Assembly: GCA_036158955.1 (NCBI GenBank)
Contig: JAYYFI010000016.1
Location: forward strand, 13,569-77,568
Source of the DNA: Pseudomonadota bacterium
GTDB taxonomy: Bacteria; Pseudomonadota; Gammaproteobacteria; Ga0077536
Length of the DNA stretch: 64,000 bases
Direction: 5' to 3'
Notes under the pieces: model-generated
Database searches by the model: none
What the model saw: the letters and a program-made list of their open reading frames with translations, nothing else
What the model was told of the DNA's origin: nothing
Made by a program: the position numbers and the translations under genes
Part shown: positions 1 through 10,822 of the stretch, in pieces
How positions within the stretch are numbered: the stretch's first letter is position 1
Layout of the letters: each line of letters begins with the position of its first letter

Positions 1-236
1 TCCAAATCGCTTCTATCAATTGACAGGTCTAGTTCTAGCTCTTTACTGAATTTTTCCCAGCTGCTAGGCGACATCAATTCTTTTGCCATCGTTTCTAAAA
101 CTTCAGGAGACAAAAAGTCGTTGCTCACTTCTTTCAACTTCCCTTCAACTTTAACCCGCGGCTTTGACCCTACGCTCAAAAAAAGATCTGATCCCTTTAA
201 CTCTATAATTTTATTTAGATAATCTATAATTTGCAT
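1..236 (-). CDS. PilT/PilU-family type IV pilus ATPase, third paralog (5' part only, runs off window)
   Basis: Hand translation from ATG at 236: MQIIDYLNKIIELKGSDLFLSVGSKPRVKVEGKL...ELELDLSI, matching the PilT/PilU N-terminal SDL(F/H)L..G..P....G motif; not in the ORF track; 19 nt downstream of pilU. Confidence 0.8.
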   Translation of the reverse strand, partial: MQIIDYLNKIIELKGSDLFLSVGSKPRVKVEGKLKEVSNDFLSPEVLETMAKELMSPSSWEKFSKELELDLSIDRSDL

Positions 237-255
237 TTTACATTTGTCCGAATTA

Positions 256-1407
256 CTAAATCTCTTCTTTGTCTTTTAAGGCGAGACCGCCCAAATCAGC
301 CATAAGATCTTTTTCTTCAGTCAACTTACTCTCTAATTTAATTCGCAACCTTAGTTCATTTTGCGAGTCCGCATTTCTCATTGCTTCATCATAATTTATT
401 TTGCTTTTTTCATATAATTCAAAGAGAGCTTGATCAAATGTTTTCATACCTAAATCATTTGATTTAGCCATGATCTCTTTTAAACCATGCACCTCTCCTT
501 TCATAATCAAGTCTGAAACAAGCGGACTATTTAGTAATATTTCGATCGCAGCAACGCGGCCCTTTCCATCTGGCTTCCTTAACAATCTCTGGGATATGAC
601 AGATTTTAGATTTAGAGATAAATCTTGAAGCAGTTGGTTTTTACGTTCTTGCGGAAAAAAATTTATAATTCTATCTAATGCTTGATTAGCACTGTTAGCA
701 TGAAGGGTAGCCACTGCAAGGTGTCCTGTTTCTGCAAAAGCAACTGCGAATTCCATGGTTTCTTTATCTCTAATTTCACCAAGTAATATCACATCAGGAG
801 CCTGTCGCAAAGTGTTCTTTAACGCTATATCCCAGTCATCGGTGTCAACGCCTACTTCTCTCTGCATTACTATACAGCCTTTATGGGGATGGACGTATTC
901 GATAGGATCCTCGATAGTAATAATATGCCCTTTAGAGTTAGAGTTCCTATGATCAATCATAGCAGCCAGCGACGTTGATTTTCCCGAACCTGTACCTCCC
1001 ACCATAATAACAAGACCACGCTTGGTCATTATGACATCTTTCATAACCTCGGGTAAGCCTAGCTTCTCGATATTTGGTACCTCTGTCTCAATAGCCCGCA
1101 CCACAAGACCCGCAGCACCTTGTTGCACAAAAGCGTTTACCCTGAATCTTCCTATACCCGCAGGAGAAATTGCGAAATTGCACTCTTTCGTTGCCTCAAA
1201 TTCTTTTACTTGACGATCATTCATAATGGCATAACACATTGCTTTTACAGACTCTAAATCTAATGCATTGTCTCTAACTGGTGTGACTAGACCATCAATT
1301 TTCATGGCAGGAGGATAATTAAATGTTATAAACATGTCAGAGCTTTTTTTTTCAATCATTAATTTTAAAAGCTCTCGCATTTCTTTGATGGCATTATCGC
1401 GATCCAT
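256..1407 (-). CDS. pilU: Type IV pilus retraction ATPase PilU
   Basis: Walker A GGTGSGKST, TIEDPIE, LRQAPDVILLGEIRD, AETGHL..ATLHAN; directly downstream of pilT. Confidence 0.93.
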   Translation of the reverse strand: MDRDNAIKEMRELLKLMIEKKSSDMFITFNYPPAMKIDGLVTPVRDNALDLESVKAMCYAIMNDRQVKEFEATKECNFAISPAGIGRFRVNAFVQQGAAGLVVRAIETEVPNIEKLGLPEVMKDVIMTKRGLVIMVGGTGSGKSTSLAAMIDHRNSNSKGHIITIEDPIEYVHPHKGCIVMQREVGVDTDDWDIALKNTLRQAPDVILLGEIRDKETMEFAVAFAETGHLAVATLHANSANQALDRIINFFPQERKNQLLQDLSLNLKSVISQRLLRKPDGKGRVAAIEILLNSPLVSDLIMKGEVHGLKEIMAKSNDLGMKTFDQALFELYEKSKINYDEAMRNADSQNELRLRIKLESKLTEEKDLMADLGGLALKDKEEI

Positions 1408-1424
1408 TTTGCTCTCCTTATCCT

Positions 1425-2459
1425 CTAAAAATCATCTTTATTAGCAGCTTTAGACCTTGCATCTATTTTTGTAATCAAATTTTTACTTAACAGAGCCTTA
1501 AGGTTTTGATCGAGTGTTTGCATTCCGAACTGCTGTCCCGTTTGAATTGCTGAATACATTTGAGCCAATTTATTTTCTCTGATTAAATTTCTTATCGCCG
1601 GAGTCCCTATCATGATTTCATGTGCAGCCACCCGACCACCGCCGACTTTTTTACACAGAACTTGAGATATTACGGCCCGTAATGACTCAGAAAGCATCGC
1701 CCGAACCATATCTTTTTCTTCCGCAGGAAAGACGTCAACTATCCTGTCGATTGTTTTTGCGGCAGAACTAGTATGTAATGTACCGAACACCAAATGTCCT
1801 GTTTCCGCAGCTGATAAGGCTAACCTGATTGTCTCCAAATCTCGCATTTCCCCTACCAAAATAACATCCGGATCTTCTCTAAGAGCTGAACGAAGCGATT
1901 GTTCAAACCCAAGTGTATCTCTATGGACCTCACGCTGGGTAATTAAACACTTTTTACTTTGATGTACAAATTCTATAGGGTCCTCAATAGTTAAGATATG
2001 GCCATATTCCGTTTCATTTTTATGATCTATCATAGCTGCTAATGTAGTAGATTTACCGGAACCGGTCGGGCCGGTAACCAAAACAACGCCTCTGGGATAA
2101 TCCGCTATAGATTTAAATATTTCTGGAGCATTAATTTGCTCGAGACTCAGTATGGTTGATGGGATAGTCCTAAATACAGCACCTGCTCCTCTATTTTGAT
2201 TCAATGCATTAACTCTGAATCGAGCCAGCCCCGGTATTTCAAACGAGAAATCGCACTCAAAAAACTCCTCGAATTCTTTTTGCTGTTTATCATTCATTAT
2301 GTCATAAATTAAATCTCTAACTGTTGTATTGTCCATCGGCGGCACATCAATTTTTCGCATATCTCCATCAACACGGATCATTGGCGGCATTCCCGCGGAC
2401 AAATGCATGTCAGAAGCTCCGTTTTTTACTCCAAATGCTAGCAACTCTCCAATATCCAT
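1425..2459 (-). CDS. pilT: Type IV pilus retraction ATPase PilT
   Basis: GPTGSGKSTT, LREDPD, AETGHLVFGTLH and the PilT-specific AIRNLIRE motif; divergent from yggS. Confidence 0.97.
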   Translation of the reverse strand: MDIGELLAFGVKNGASDMHLSAGMPPMIRVDGDMRKIDVPPMDNTTVRDLIYDIMNDKQQKEFEEFFECDFSFEIPGLARFRVNALNQNRGAGAVFRTIPSTILSLEQINAPEIFKSIADYPRGVVLVTGPTGSGKSTTLAAMIDHKNETEYGHILTIEDPIEFVHQSKKCLITQREVHRDTLGFEQSLRSALREDPDVILVGEMRDLETIRLALSAAETGHLVFGTLHTSSAAKTIDRIVDVFPAEEKDMVRAMLSESLRAVISQVLCKKVGGGRVAAHEIMIGTPAIRNLIRENKLAQMYSAIQTGQQFGMQTLDQNLKALLSKNLITKIDARSKAANKDDF

Positions 2460-2577
2460 TTAATTAGACTCCCTAAATTCTCTTTGCAATATACTTGTGT
2501 CCTCTAAATTGACATAATAGCCTTATCATATGTTGAACGACAAGTTATAAAACAAATCTGAGAATAATAATCAATTT

Positions 2578-3261
2578 ATGAATACTGATCTTCAAAATCG
2601 CATGAAGCGATTAAGAGCCAAAATTGACCAAGCCGCAAAGTTAGCAAATAGGAATTCAGATGAAATAGAAATATTGGCAATTTCAAAAGGTCAAGACGCA
2701 AAATCAATCAAAGATTTGTTTGAACTGGGCCAAATACGATTTGGTGAAAATTATTTACAAGAAGCTCTTACAAAACAAGAGCAACTAAAAGATTTAGACA
2801 TAGAGTGGCATTTTGTTGGCTCGATTCAATCCAATAAAACCAAAGAAATAGCAAGAAGTTTTAACTACGTTCATAGTGTCGATAGAATAAAAATTGCTAC
2901 AAGACTGAACAATCATCGAGAGGGGCAAAAAGGAGCTCTTAACGTCTTGATCCAAATACGAGACGATGAGAGCAAAAAGAATGGAGTAGCGTTAAATAAA
3001 AGTTATGAGTTTTTTAGAGCATTTAAAGATTTTGATAATTTGCGCCTTAGAGGTCTAATGTATTTTCCAGATGCTGGCAAAACTGATAAAAAATCAATCT
3101 ATGATTATAAAAAGGTAGCCGAATTATTAACAGAAATTGAAAGCGGTGATATTCTCTCTATGGGAACCTCTGATGATTATTCTCTTGCCATCCATTCTGG
3201 GGCTACAATGATTCGAATAGGCACTGGGTTGTTTGGACCTAGAAATTATATAGGTAAATAA
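2578..3261 (+). CDS. yggS: PLP homeostasis protein YggS
   Basis: AISK, FGENYLQE, WHFVGSIQSNK, LSMG, IRIGT motifs; pilT-yggS-proC-yggT synteny. Confidence 0.95.
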   Translation: MNTDLQNRMKRLRAKIDQAAKLANRNSDEIEILAISKGQDAKSIKDLFELGQIRFGENYLQEALTKQEQLKDLDIEWHFVGSIQSNKTKEIARSFNYVHSVDRIKIATRLNNHREGQKGALNVLIQIRDDESKKNGVALNKSYEFFRAFKDFDNLRLRGLMYFPDAGKTDKKSIYDYKKVAELLTEIESGDILSMGTSDDYSLAIHSGATMIRIGTGLFGPRNYIGK

Positions 3262-3287
3262 TCAATGATTAAACCAAGGATCAGTAC

Positions 3288-4109
3288 GTGATGAAAAACA
3301 AAGAGCAGTTCATTTTCTTTGGTGGTGGAAATATGGCTCAAGCGCTTATTGTAGGGCTGTTGGAATATGGTATTTCTAATTCTCAAATAACGGTGATAGA
3401 TCCTAAGCAAACCGTACGGAACAAACTAAGAAATATACTTAAAGTAGGCATAGTCGAAAAAATAGATGAGGAAATATTATCAAACAAAATTATTATTTTA
3501 GCTGTAAAGCCTAATAAAATTTCAGAAGTATGTCAGAGAATCCAAACATTTCATCTCCAAGATAGCATCATTATTTCTATCGCCGCTGGGACCACTTTAG
3601 GAAAATTATCGCAATTACTTCCTAAGGCTAATATTATCGTGCGTGCAATGCCAAACACCCCCTGTTTGGTTAATAAAGGTGTGACCGTCTTAATTTCGAA
3701 TCAAAAACGTTTTAGAAAAGCTACAAGAGACAGGGTAAACAATATCTTTTGTAATGTGGGGCAAGTTTTTTGGGTGATAGACGAAAACCAAATTGATACA
3801 GCCACAGCCATCTCAGGGAGCGGCCCTGCTTACTTTTATTATTTCTCAGAAAACATGATTGCCGCCGCTACTAAACTTGGAATGCCAGAGAAACTAGCGC
3901 GTGAATTGGTGGAGCAAACATTCTTAGGCTCCGCGTTACTTAAGCAGGATTCTAAAGATTCGCTGTCAAAATTAAGAGCAAAAGTAACATCAAAGGGTGG
4001 AACCACGGAGGCCGCAATAAATAGCTTCACTAAAGAAAGGCTTGAAACTATTGTTATAAAAGCTGTAGAGTGCGCTCATAAAAAGTCTTTAGAATTGTCG
4101 AAAAGGTAA
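3288..4109 (+). CDS. proC: Pyrroline-5-carboxylate reductase
   Basis: GGGNMA, AVKP, RAMPNTP, SGSGPAY, VTSKGGTT. Confidence 0.96.
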   Translation: MMKNKEQFIFFGGGNMAQALIVGLLEYGISNSQITVIDPKQTVRNKLRNILKVGIVEKIDEEILSNKIIILAVKPNKISEVCQRIQTFHLQDSIIISIAAGTTLGKLSQLLPKANIIVRAMPNTPCLVNKGVTVLISNQKRFRKATRDRVNNIFCNVGQVFWVIDENQIDTATAISGSGPAYFYYFSENMIAAATKLGMPEKLARELVEQTFLGSALLKQDSKDSLSKLRAKVTSKGGTTEAAINSFTKERLETIVIKAVECAHKKSLELSKR

Positions 4110-4113
4110 ATTT

Positions 4114-4686
4114 ATGCCGTATTTCTCAAATGTAACCCTTTTCTTAATTACAACATTTTTTGACCTTGCTTCTTACATTCTATTGTTAAGGATATTCTTT
4201 CAGTTTTTCAAAGTTGATTTTTATAATCCTATTTGTCAGGCAATCGTGAAACTGAGTGATTTTTTCTTAGTCTGGTTGAGACGGTTACTACCTACAAGTA
4301 AAAAAATTGATTATGCAGCATTTATCATTCTGGTTTCATTAGAAAGCTTATTTTATTTAATCTTATCTAGTTTATCCAAAACAGATTATGGCAATTTTGC
4401 TATCGCAATATTAGCAATCTCATCAATCTTGGAGAAAATTGTTAATTTGATGACCTGGTCCATACTTATTCTGGTTATCTTCAGTTGGTTTAGTAACCAA
4501 AAAAATCACCCCCTTCTTGAAATAGTAAATGATATTACTTACGGAACATTGAAAAGGATTAGAAGTTTGTGTCCTCCGTTAGGAAGTCTAGATTTTTCCC
4601 CATTGATTTTTATAATAGTTCTTCAAGTATTTATGATGATCGTTATAATGCCTTTTCAAGATCTTGGTATTTCAGCTATAAAATAA
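4114..4686 (+). CDS. yggT: YggT family membrane protein
   Basis: Hydrophobic, DFYNPICQ and LDFSP motifs; follows proC. Confidence 0.88.
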   Translation: MPYFSNVTLFLITTFFDLASYILLLRIFFQFFKVDFYNPICQAIVKLSDFFLVWLRRLLPTSKKIDYAAFIILVSLESLFYLILSSLSKTDYGNFAIAILAISSILEKIVNLMTWSILILVIFSWFSNQKNHPLLEIVNDITYGTLKRIRSLCPPLGSLDFSPLIFIIVLQVFMMIVIMPFQDLGISAIK

Positions 4687-4692
4687 AAATTT

Positions 4693-5844
4693 ATGAGACA
4701 GTTTAAAAACGAAGCAAATCATGGTTCCGTCGGGTTAGTTAGCGCAAAAAACCAAATGATCAACTCACCATTGAAACTTGATAGTGGCGCATCACTTAAA
4801 GGCTATAACCTTTGTTATGAAACGTATGGAAAGTTGAACAAAAACAAAGATAACGCTATTCTCATATGCCATGCTTTGACCGGCGACCAACATGCTGCGG
4901 GTTATAACAACACCGACGATAAAAAACCAGGCTGGTGGGACAATATGATTGGTCCAGAAAAGCCAGTCGACACTAATAAATTTTTCGTGGTTTGTCCAAA
5001 CAATTTAGGAGGTTGTGGCGGATCGACTGGACCACTTTCTCTGAACCCTTCTACTAACATTGCATACGGACCAGATTTTCCGATAATTACAGTTAGAGAC
5101 TGGGTTGAGAGCCAAAACCAACTACGTAAAAAATTAGAAATTGAATCTTGGGCAGTGGTTATGGGGGGTAGTTTGGGAGGCATGCAAGCAATGCAGTGGG
5201 CGATCGATTATCCTAATAGAGTAAAACATGCGGTGATAATAGCAGCGGCGCCTAAACTTTCCACTCAAAATATTGCATTTAATGAAATAGCAAGACAAGC
5301 AATTCGCTCAGACCCTAACTATTATGATGGGCAGTATAAAGATAAGAATACATTTCCAGAACACGGATTAAAACTTGCACGAATGGTGGGCCACCTCACT
5401 TATCTATCAGACGACATTTTACACACGAAATTTGGAAGAGAGCTAAAAAAAGGAAAAATCGAATTCGGATTCGATGTCGAATTCGAGATAGAAAGCTACC
5501 TCAAGTATCAGAGTGAGTCATTCATTGGACAAAGATTTGATGCAAATAGTTATCTGTTAATGACAAAGACTCTCGATTACTTCGACCCCGCGGAAAAATA
5601 TGAGGGTAAGTTGAGCGATGCTTTAAAAACTTGTCAATCTAATTTTTTGGTAATTTCGTTCTCCAGTGACTGGAGATTTTCACCTGCTAGATCGATGGAA
5701 ATCGTTCGAGCATTACTTGAGAATGATAAAAATGTAATTTACTCTCAAATTGAATCTGAACTTGGTCACGATTCATTCCTACTTCCAATACCACAATATC
5801 ATAGAATCATTTCAACATATCTAAATAAAGTTGAGTTTACATGA
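4693..5844 (+). CDS. metX: Homoserine O-acyltransferase MetX (acetyl or succinyl specificity not determined)
   Basis: CHALTG, GGSLGGMQ nucleophile elbow, C-terminal GHDSFL. Confidence 0.95.
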   Translation: MRQFKNEANHGSVGLVSAKNQMINSPLKLDSGASLKGYNLCYETYGKLNKNKDNAILICHALTGDQHAAGYNNTDDKKPGWWDNMIGPEKPVDTNKFFVVCPNNLGGCGGSTGPLSLNPSTNIAYGPDFPIITVRDWVESQNQLRKKLEIESWAVVMGGSLGGMQAMQWAIDYPNRVKHAVIIAAAPKLSTQNIAFNEIARQAIRSDPNYYDGQYKDKNTFPEHGLKLARMVGHLTYLSDDILHTKFGRELKKGKIEFGFDVEFEIESYLKYQSESFIGQRFDANSYLLMTKTLDYFDPAEKYEGKLSDALKTCQSNFLVISFSSDWRFSPARSMEIVRALLENDKNVIYSQIESELGHDSFLLPIPQYHRIISTYLNKVEFT

Positions 5845-6479
5845 AAATCATCGAATTAAGATCTGAACATCAAATAATTGCTGAATGGATAACAAATGGA
5901 GCACGCATTCTAGATTTAGGTTGCGGTAATGGAGCTTTCCTGGCTGCTCTGCAGAAAGAGAAGGAAGTTACGGGATATGGTATTGAAATTGACCCTGATA
6001 ATATTGTCGAATGTATCTCAAAAAATGTTAAGGTGATCCAAGCCAACTTAGATGAGGGCTTAAATGGTTTTGATGCTAACTCTTTTGATTATGTAGTTAT
6101 GACACAAACCATTCAAGCAATGAGATTTCCTCATAAGGTAATCAACGAGATGCTAAGGATTGGAAGAGAGGTCATAGTGACTTTTCCTAATCTTGGTCAC
6201 TGGAAACACAGATTGAAACTATTGAACGGTAATATCCCTGTAACCGCGCCACTTCCAAACAGTTGGTTTGAGACTCCAAATATCCATATATGCACAATAC
6301 GCGACTTTGAAAAACTATGTAAATCGCTTGGTATTATTATCTTAGAGAGGGCAATTCTTGATTCAACGCACAAGTTTGTCAAAACAATGAAATTCTTCCC
6401 AAATTTTTTTGGAGAGGTTGCGATATATCGAACATGCAAAGCCACTTATAAGCCAAAGTTTAATCATCGTAACTTATGA
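5841..6479 (+). CDS. metW: Methionine biosynthesis protein MetW
   Basis: LDLGCGNG SAM motif, TFPN.GHW, TPNIH; ATGA overlap with metX. Confidence 0.93.
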   Translation: MKIIELRSEHQIIAEWITNGARILDLGCGNGAFLAALQKEKEVTGYGIEIDPDNIVECISKNVKVIQANLDEGLNGFDANSFDYVVMTQTIQAMRFPHKVINEMLRIGREVIVTFPNLGHWKHRLKLLNGNIPVTAPLPNSWFETPNIHICTIRDFEKLCKSLGIIILERAILDSTHKFVKTMKFFPNFFGEVAIYRTCKATYKPKFNHRNL

Positions 6480-7227
6480 CGAGAGGTGCATGATCTGAAA
6501 ATCTTTCTGTCCTATAAATTTCAGCGCTATTGATTTTTTTAATATAATCAGATCCGACAACTTGGTAATCGATTCTCCAACCTACGTTATTATCCCAAGC
6601 CTGACCCCTATTAGACCACCATGTATACTCCTCCTTATTTGGATATAACGTCCTGTAAGCATCAAAAAGATTATATTTTTTGAATACTTTGCTGAGCCAA
6701 TCACGTTCTTCTGGTAAAAATCCGGAGTTTTTTCTATTTCCTTTCCAATTTTTCAAGTCAATTTCATTATGTGCTATGTTTAAATCCCCACAAATAATGA
6801 ATTTTTTTAAATCTTTTCCTTTACTATTTAACCACTTTTCAAATTCTTCCATGAATCTATACTTTATATCTTGACGCTCCATGCCGGATGAACCAGAAGG
6901 GAAATACACAGAAACTATTGAAAGCCTCTCAAAATCAAATTGAATAAATCTGCCTTCTCGGTCTGCTTCCCGAAAACCAAATGACTTTGATATTAACTTC
7001 GGACGTTTTTTTGAAAAAATAGCAACACCGCTATAACCTTTTTTCTCTGCATCTGAAAAAGAAGTATGCCAATCTTGAAAAGATGACATTATTGTAGTGA
7101 GTTGTTCAATTTGTGCTTTTGTTTCTTGAAAGCAAATCAAATCTGCGTGTTGTTTTTCAATCCATTTAATAAGGCCTTTTCTTACCGCAGACCTTATTCC
7201 GTTCAAATTCAGTGAAATAACTTTCAT
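6460..7227 (-). CDS. xth: Exodeoxyribonuclease III / AP endonuclease
   Basis: NLNGIR, QETK, GYSGVA, GDLNIAH, YTWWS, WRIDY, SDHAP. Confidence 0.93.
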   Translation of the reverse strand: MKVISLNLNGIRSAVRKGLIKWIEKQHADLICFQETKAQIEQLTTIMSSFQDWHTSFSDAEKKGYSGVAIFSKKRPKLISKSFGFREADREGRFIQFDFERLSIVSVYFPSGSSGMERQDIKYRFMEEFEKWLNSKGKDLKKFIICGDLNIAHNEIDLKNWKGNRKNSGFLPEERDWLSKVFKKYNLFDAYRTLYPNKEEYTWWSNRGQAWDNNVGWRIDYQVVGSDYIKKINSAEIYRTERFSDHAPLVISYDD

Positions 7228-7280
7228 TTTTATATATTTATCTTAACTTAAGTAATACAACATACTATAATTTTAAGTCC

Positions 7281-7928
7281 ATGATGCATAGCTATAAAAA
7301 CATATTTATCGAAAGCGCTTACGAATGTGGCGCTTTGCAATTTGGTGAATTTACTTTAAATTCTGGAAGAACAAGTCCTTTCTTTTTCAATACGGGCATG
7401 TTTTCAAGTGGAAAGGCTATTAATGCTATAGCAAACGCTTATGTAGACACTATAATAAAAAATGATCTTCAATTTGATATGTTATTTGGCCCAGCTTATA
7501 AGGGAATTCCTCTTATCACCGCTATATCACAAGTTCTTTATCAAAGGAAAAATTTATCTGTACCCTTTTCTTTTAATAGGAAAGAGAAAAAGCATCATGG
7601 TGAAACGGGTTTACTGGTGGGAGCAACAATCGAAAATCAAGTATTGGTGGTTGACGACGTAATTTCATCTGGCATTTCAATTGCAGAGTCGATCAAAACG
7701 ATACAAAATAATAAAGGCGAGGTTGCCTCCGTAATCATAGCGCTAGATAGAAAAGAAAAAAAAGATAACGCTCTTGAAGATGAGGAAACAATGTTAATTT
7801 TAAAAAAGATTCCTGTTGTGAGCATAATTGATTTTTTTGATATTTTAGAGTTTACACGAATCAAGCCAGAATTAAGCTCCCACCAAGAACCATTGCTAAC
7901 CTACCATGAAAAATATGGAATTAATTAA
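7281..7928 (+). CDS. pyrE: Orotate phosphoribosyltransferase
   Basis: FGEFTLNSGRTSP, LFGPAYKGIP, FNRKEKKHHGE, VVDDVISSG. Confidence 0.95.
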   Translation: MMHSYKNIFIESAYECGALQFGEFTLNSGRTSPFFFNTGMFSSGKAINAIANAYVDTIIKNDLQFDMLFGPAYKGIPLITAISQVLYQRKNLSVPFSFNRKEKKHHGETGLLVGATIENQVLVVDDVISSGISIAESIKTIQNNKGEVASVIIALDRKEKKDNALEDEETMLILKKIPVVSIIDFFDILEFTRIKPELSSHQEPLLTYHEKYGIN

Positions 7929-7929
7929 T

Positions 7930-8508
7930 ATGAAAACTACAAGGTTATTCTTATTAATATGTTTAATGCAGAAACCGATAATTACAAATGCTAATATTAA
8001 GTGTTGGCACAATGAAAATGGAATAAGAGAGTGTGGGGACCGCATTCCACCTAAATACGCACAGGGACCCTCAGAAGAGTTTTCAGATAGTGGAGTATTA
8101 TTAAAAAGAAACCCAAAGGCTAAAGAATTGAATCAAATAGATCAAGATCAAAAAAAAGCTAATCAAAAAAAAGCTGATAGGTTACTATTAAACATGTTTA
8201 GTAATGTCAATGAAATTAACTCTGCTCGTGACAAGAAAATTAATCAGATAGATCAAGAAATTAAATTAATTGAAACAAGGCTTCAAAAGCTAGTTGAAAA
8301 TCAAAATAAAATTAAAGCGGTTATAGATAACTCAAGCCCTAAAAACAAAGAAAGAGCCAAAAGATTAAATAACGATATGCTATCTACAAAGAGGCAAATA
8401 AAACAAAGCAACCAATTTATTGAAGAAAAAGAAGCGGAGCGCAAGTTAGTACTCGATAAATACGCTAAAGACTCTAAGAGGTTTATTGAGTTACGCTCGG
8501 AGAATTGA
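7930..8508 (+). CDS. Exported coiled-coil protein, DUF4124-like
   Basis: Signal-peptide-like N-terminus, KCWHNENG..ECGDRIPP, DRLLL motif, long coiled coil; lies between pyrE and argB as in Pseudomonas; start placed at ATG 7930. Confidence 0.6.
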   Translation: MKTTRLFLLICLMQKPIITNANIKCWHNENGIRECGDRIPPKYAQGPSEEFSDSGVLLKRNPKAKELNQIDQDQKKANQKKADRLLLNMFSNVNEINSARDKKINQIDQEIKLIETRLQKLVENQNKIKAVIDNSSPKNKERAKRLNNDMLSTKRQIKQSNQFIEEKEAERKLVLDKYAKDSKRFIELRSEN

Positions 8509-8512
8509 GCGC

Positions 8513-9388
8513 TCACTCAATTAAAGTTCCAATTCCCTCATCAGTGAATAGCTCTAATAACAGGGAATGCATAACTCTGCCGTCAATGATGTGAGCTCTT
8601 GGAACACCATTAGCGACAGCATCAAGGGCACTTTTCACCTTCGGAATCATTCCTTCGCTAATAACGTTATCTTTAATTAACTTTTCCATTAAACTCTTAT
8701 TAGCCACAGAGATCAAATTGTTATTGCCGTCTTTAATTCCCTCTATATTAGTCATTAATATCAGTTTATCCGCATTAACAGCCTCGGCAATCTTGCCAGC
8801 GACTAAATCGGCATTAATATTATAAGATTTATTATCGTCACCTAGTCCGATCGGTGCAATAACTGGAACAAAGTCTCCGTTTTTTAAAAATTGCAACAAA
8901 TTTGTGTCTACGGAAGCAATCTCTCCAACTCTTCCAAGATCAATTTCTTCAGAGGGTTTTGATTCAGGGGGAGTCAAAGCAAATTTTTTCGCCGTTAATA
9001 ACTTACCGTCTTTACCCGTCAAGCCAATCGCTCTTCCTCCGTTTGTATTTATCAAATTCACAAGTTCTTTATTTACCAAACCTCCTAATACCATCTCGAC
9101 GATTTCCATGGTTTCATCATCGGTCACTCTCATTCCAGCAATAAAACGACTTTCCTTTCCAATTTTTTTCAAAAACTCTGCGATCTGAGGGCCACCCCCA
9201 TGTACGACTATGGGATTAATGCCAACTAATTTCATTAACACAATATCCCTCGCAAAACTGGTGTTTACATCACCTGCCACCATAGCGTTTCCACCATATT
9301 TAACAACAACGTATCTTCCTCGATACATTTTTATATAGGGTAGAGCCGCTGCTAAAAGTTTCGCTGTATTATTTAAATTTTTATCCAT
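8513..9388 (-). CDS. argB: Acetylglutamate kinase
   Basis: [34 protein letters not shown]; ATG at 9388 with upstream AGGA. Confidence 0.96.
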   Translation of the reverse strand: MDKNLNNTAKLLAAALPYIKMYRGRYVVVKYGGNAMVAGDVNTSFARDIVLMKLVGINPIVVHGGGPQIAEFLKKIGKESRFIAGMRVTDDETMEIVEMVLGGLVNKELVNLINTNGGRAIGLTGKDGKLLTAKKFALTPPESKPSEEIDLGRVGEIASVDTNLLQFLKNGDFVPVIAPIGLGDDNKSYNINADLVAGKIAEAVNADKLILMTNIEGIKDGNNNLISVANKSLMEKLIKDNVISEGMIPKVKSALDAVANGVPRAHIIDGRVMHSLLLELFTDEGIGTLIE

Positions 9389-9396
9389 CTTTTTTC

Positions 9397-10818
9397 CTAG
9401 AATGGAAGTACGATATTTGGTTTTGATATCATTATCAAATTTTTGAAGGTCTGTTGGATCTGTTTTAATGATTCCACAGTGTCGCCCTCGAAACGAAGAA
9501 CTAAACTCGGGGTGGTGTTTGAGGCCCTCATCAAGCCCCAAGCATCTGTCTCTTCTATTCTAATCCCATCAACTGTAACTACTTGTCCCTTAATTGATTT
9601 TAAATTAAGCATTGTTTTTTCAACTAAACTCTGTGCCTCACCTTCCTCAAGCTCAATATTTATTTCTGGTGTAGAGTGGCCTGATAGAACATCATTAAAA
9701 AAACCAATAGATTCTTCTTGCGAGCTTAACATTTCTAACATTCTAGCTCCGGCATAAATTGCATCATCAAATCCGTACCATCTATTTTTAAAAAAGATAT
9801 GGCCACTCATCTCTCCACCCAGTTGTGCGTTTTTACTAAGCATCATTTCTTTTATGAAAGAATGACCAGTACGACAAATATACGGTTCACCGCCATTCTT
9901 TTTAATCTCCGCGGGAAGAAGCCCCGTACACTTAACATCATATATGATTGAAGCACCTGGATATTCTTTTAAAATATATTTCGCAAACAGTATTAGTTGT
10001 CTGTCTGGCCAGATTACTCTACCTTGGCTGTCCACGACACCCAGCCTATCTGCGTCTCCATCGTAGGCAAGTCCTAAATCAGCTTTTTCTTTTTTGACTG
10101 TTTCAATTAATTCAGAAAGATTCTCGAGTTTAGAAGGGTCGGGATGATGATTAGGAAAATTTCCATCAATATTACAAAATAATTTAATTACTTCATGATT
10201 TAAATTTGATGCGATTTTTGGGGCAAGATCTCCGGCCATTCCATTTCCGCAATCAATAACTACTTTTAATTTTCTTTTAGAAGGATAAATATTTTTCATA
10301 AGATCTGCCACATAATCATTTACCACTTCTTTTTTCATATATTTACCGGCACCATCTTGATATTCTTGCTCTACGATATGGTCTTTTAATTTTAAAATTT
10401 GCTGACCGTAAAAAGGTTTGCCCATAAGGGACATCTTCAAACCGTTATACTCTTTAGGATTATGACTACCAGTAATCATTATCCCAGCATCACACTCAAG
10501 ATGATTAGTAGCAAAATAGAGGACGGGCGTTGGCACCTCACCTATATCGATCACATTGTGGCCCGAATCTATTAAGCCTTGCGCTGTTGCGTTAAGAAGC
10601 CCTAGACTCGAGTTTCTGCAGTCTCTTCCTATAACCACCAAATTTCCGCCGACATCAAATAACTCGTTCGCAAAAGCTCTTCCAATTAAGTAAGAAAAGT
10701 TATCAGTTAAGTCTTCATCCGTCTTGCCTCGGATATCGTAGGCTCTAAAAATGTTAACAGGAGGGTTCTGCAAAATATTTATAATTGCATTTTGATTTGG
10801 CTGGAATAGTTTTGGCAT
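9397..10818 (-). CDS. algC: Phosphomannomutase/phosphoglucomutase
   Basis: [15 protein letters not shown] phosphoserine loop, DGDADR, GEMSGH, RASNT. Confidence 0.95.
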   Translation of the reverse strand: MPKLFQPNQNAIINILQNPPVNIFRAYDIRGKTDEDLTDNFSYLIGRAFANELFDVGGNLVVIGRDCRNSSLGLLNATAQGLIDSGHNVIDIGEVPTPVLYFATNHLECDAGIMITGSHNPKEYNGLKMSLMGKPFYGQQILKLKDHIVEQEYQDGAGKYMKKEVVNDYVADLMKNIYPSKRKLKVVIDCGNGMAGDLAPKIASNLNHEVIKLFCNIDGNFPNHHPDPSKLENLSELIETVKKEKADLGLAYDGDADRLGVVDSQGRVIWPDRQLILFAKYILKEYPGASIIYDVKCTGLLPAEIKKNGGEPYICRTGHSFIKEMMLSKNAQLGGEMSGHIFFKNRWYGFDDAIYAGARMLEMLSSQEESIGFFNDVLSGHSTPEINIELEEGEAQSLVEKTMLNLKSIKGQVVTVDGIRIEETDAWGLMRASNTTPSLVLRFEGDTVESLKQIQQTFKNLIMISKPNIVLPF

Positions 10819-10822
10819 TTTC

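Noticed and set aside
2509-2534. TTGACA as a sigma70 promoter for yggS
   Set aside because: There is no acceptable -10 hexamer at 16-18 nt spacing.
9389-9541. 51-aa N-terminal extension of argB in the ORF track
   Set aside because: It overlaps algC in another frame; ATG 9388 has an RBS and gives a normal ArgB length.
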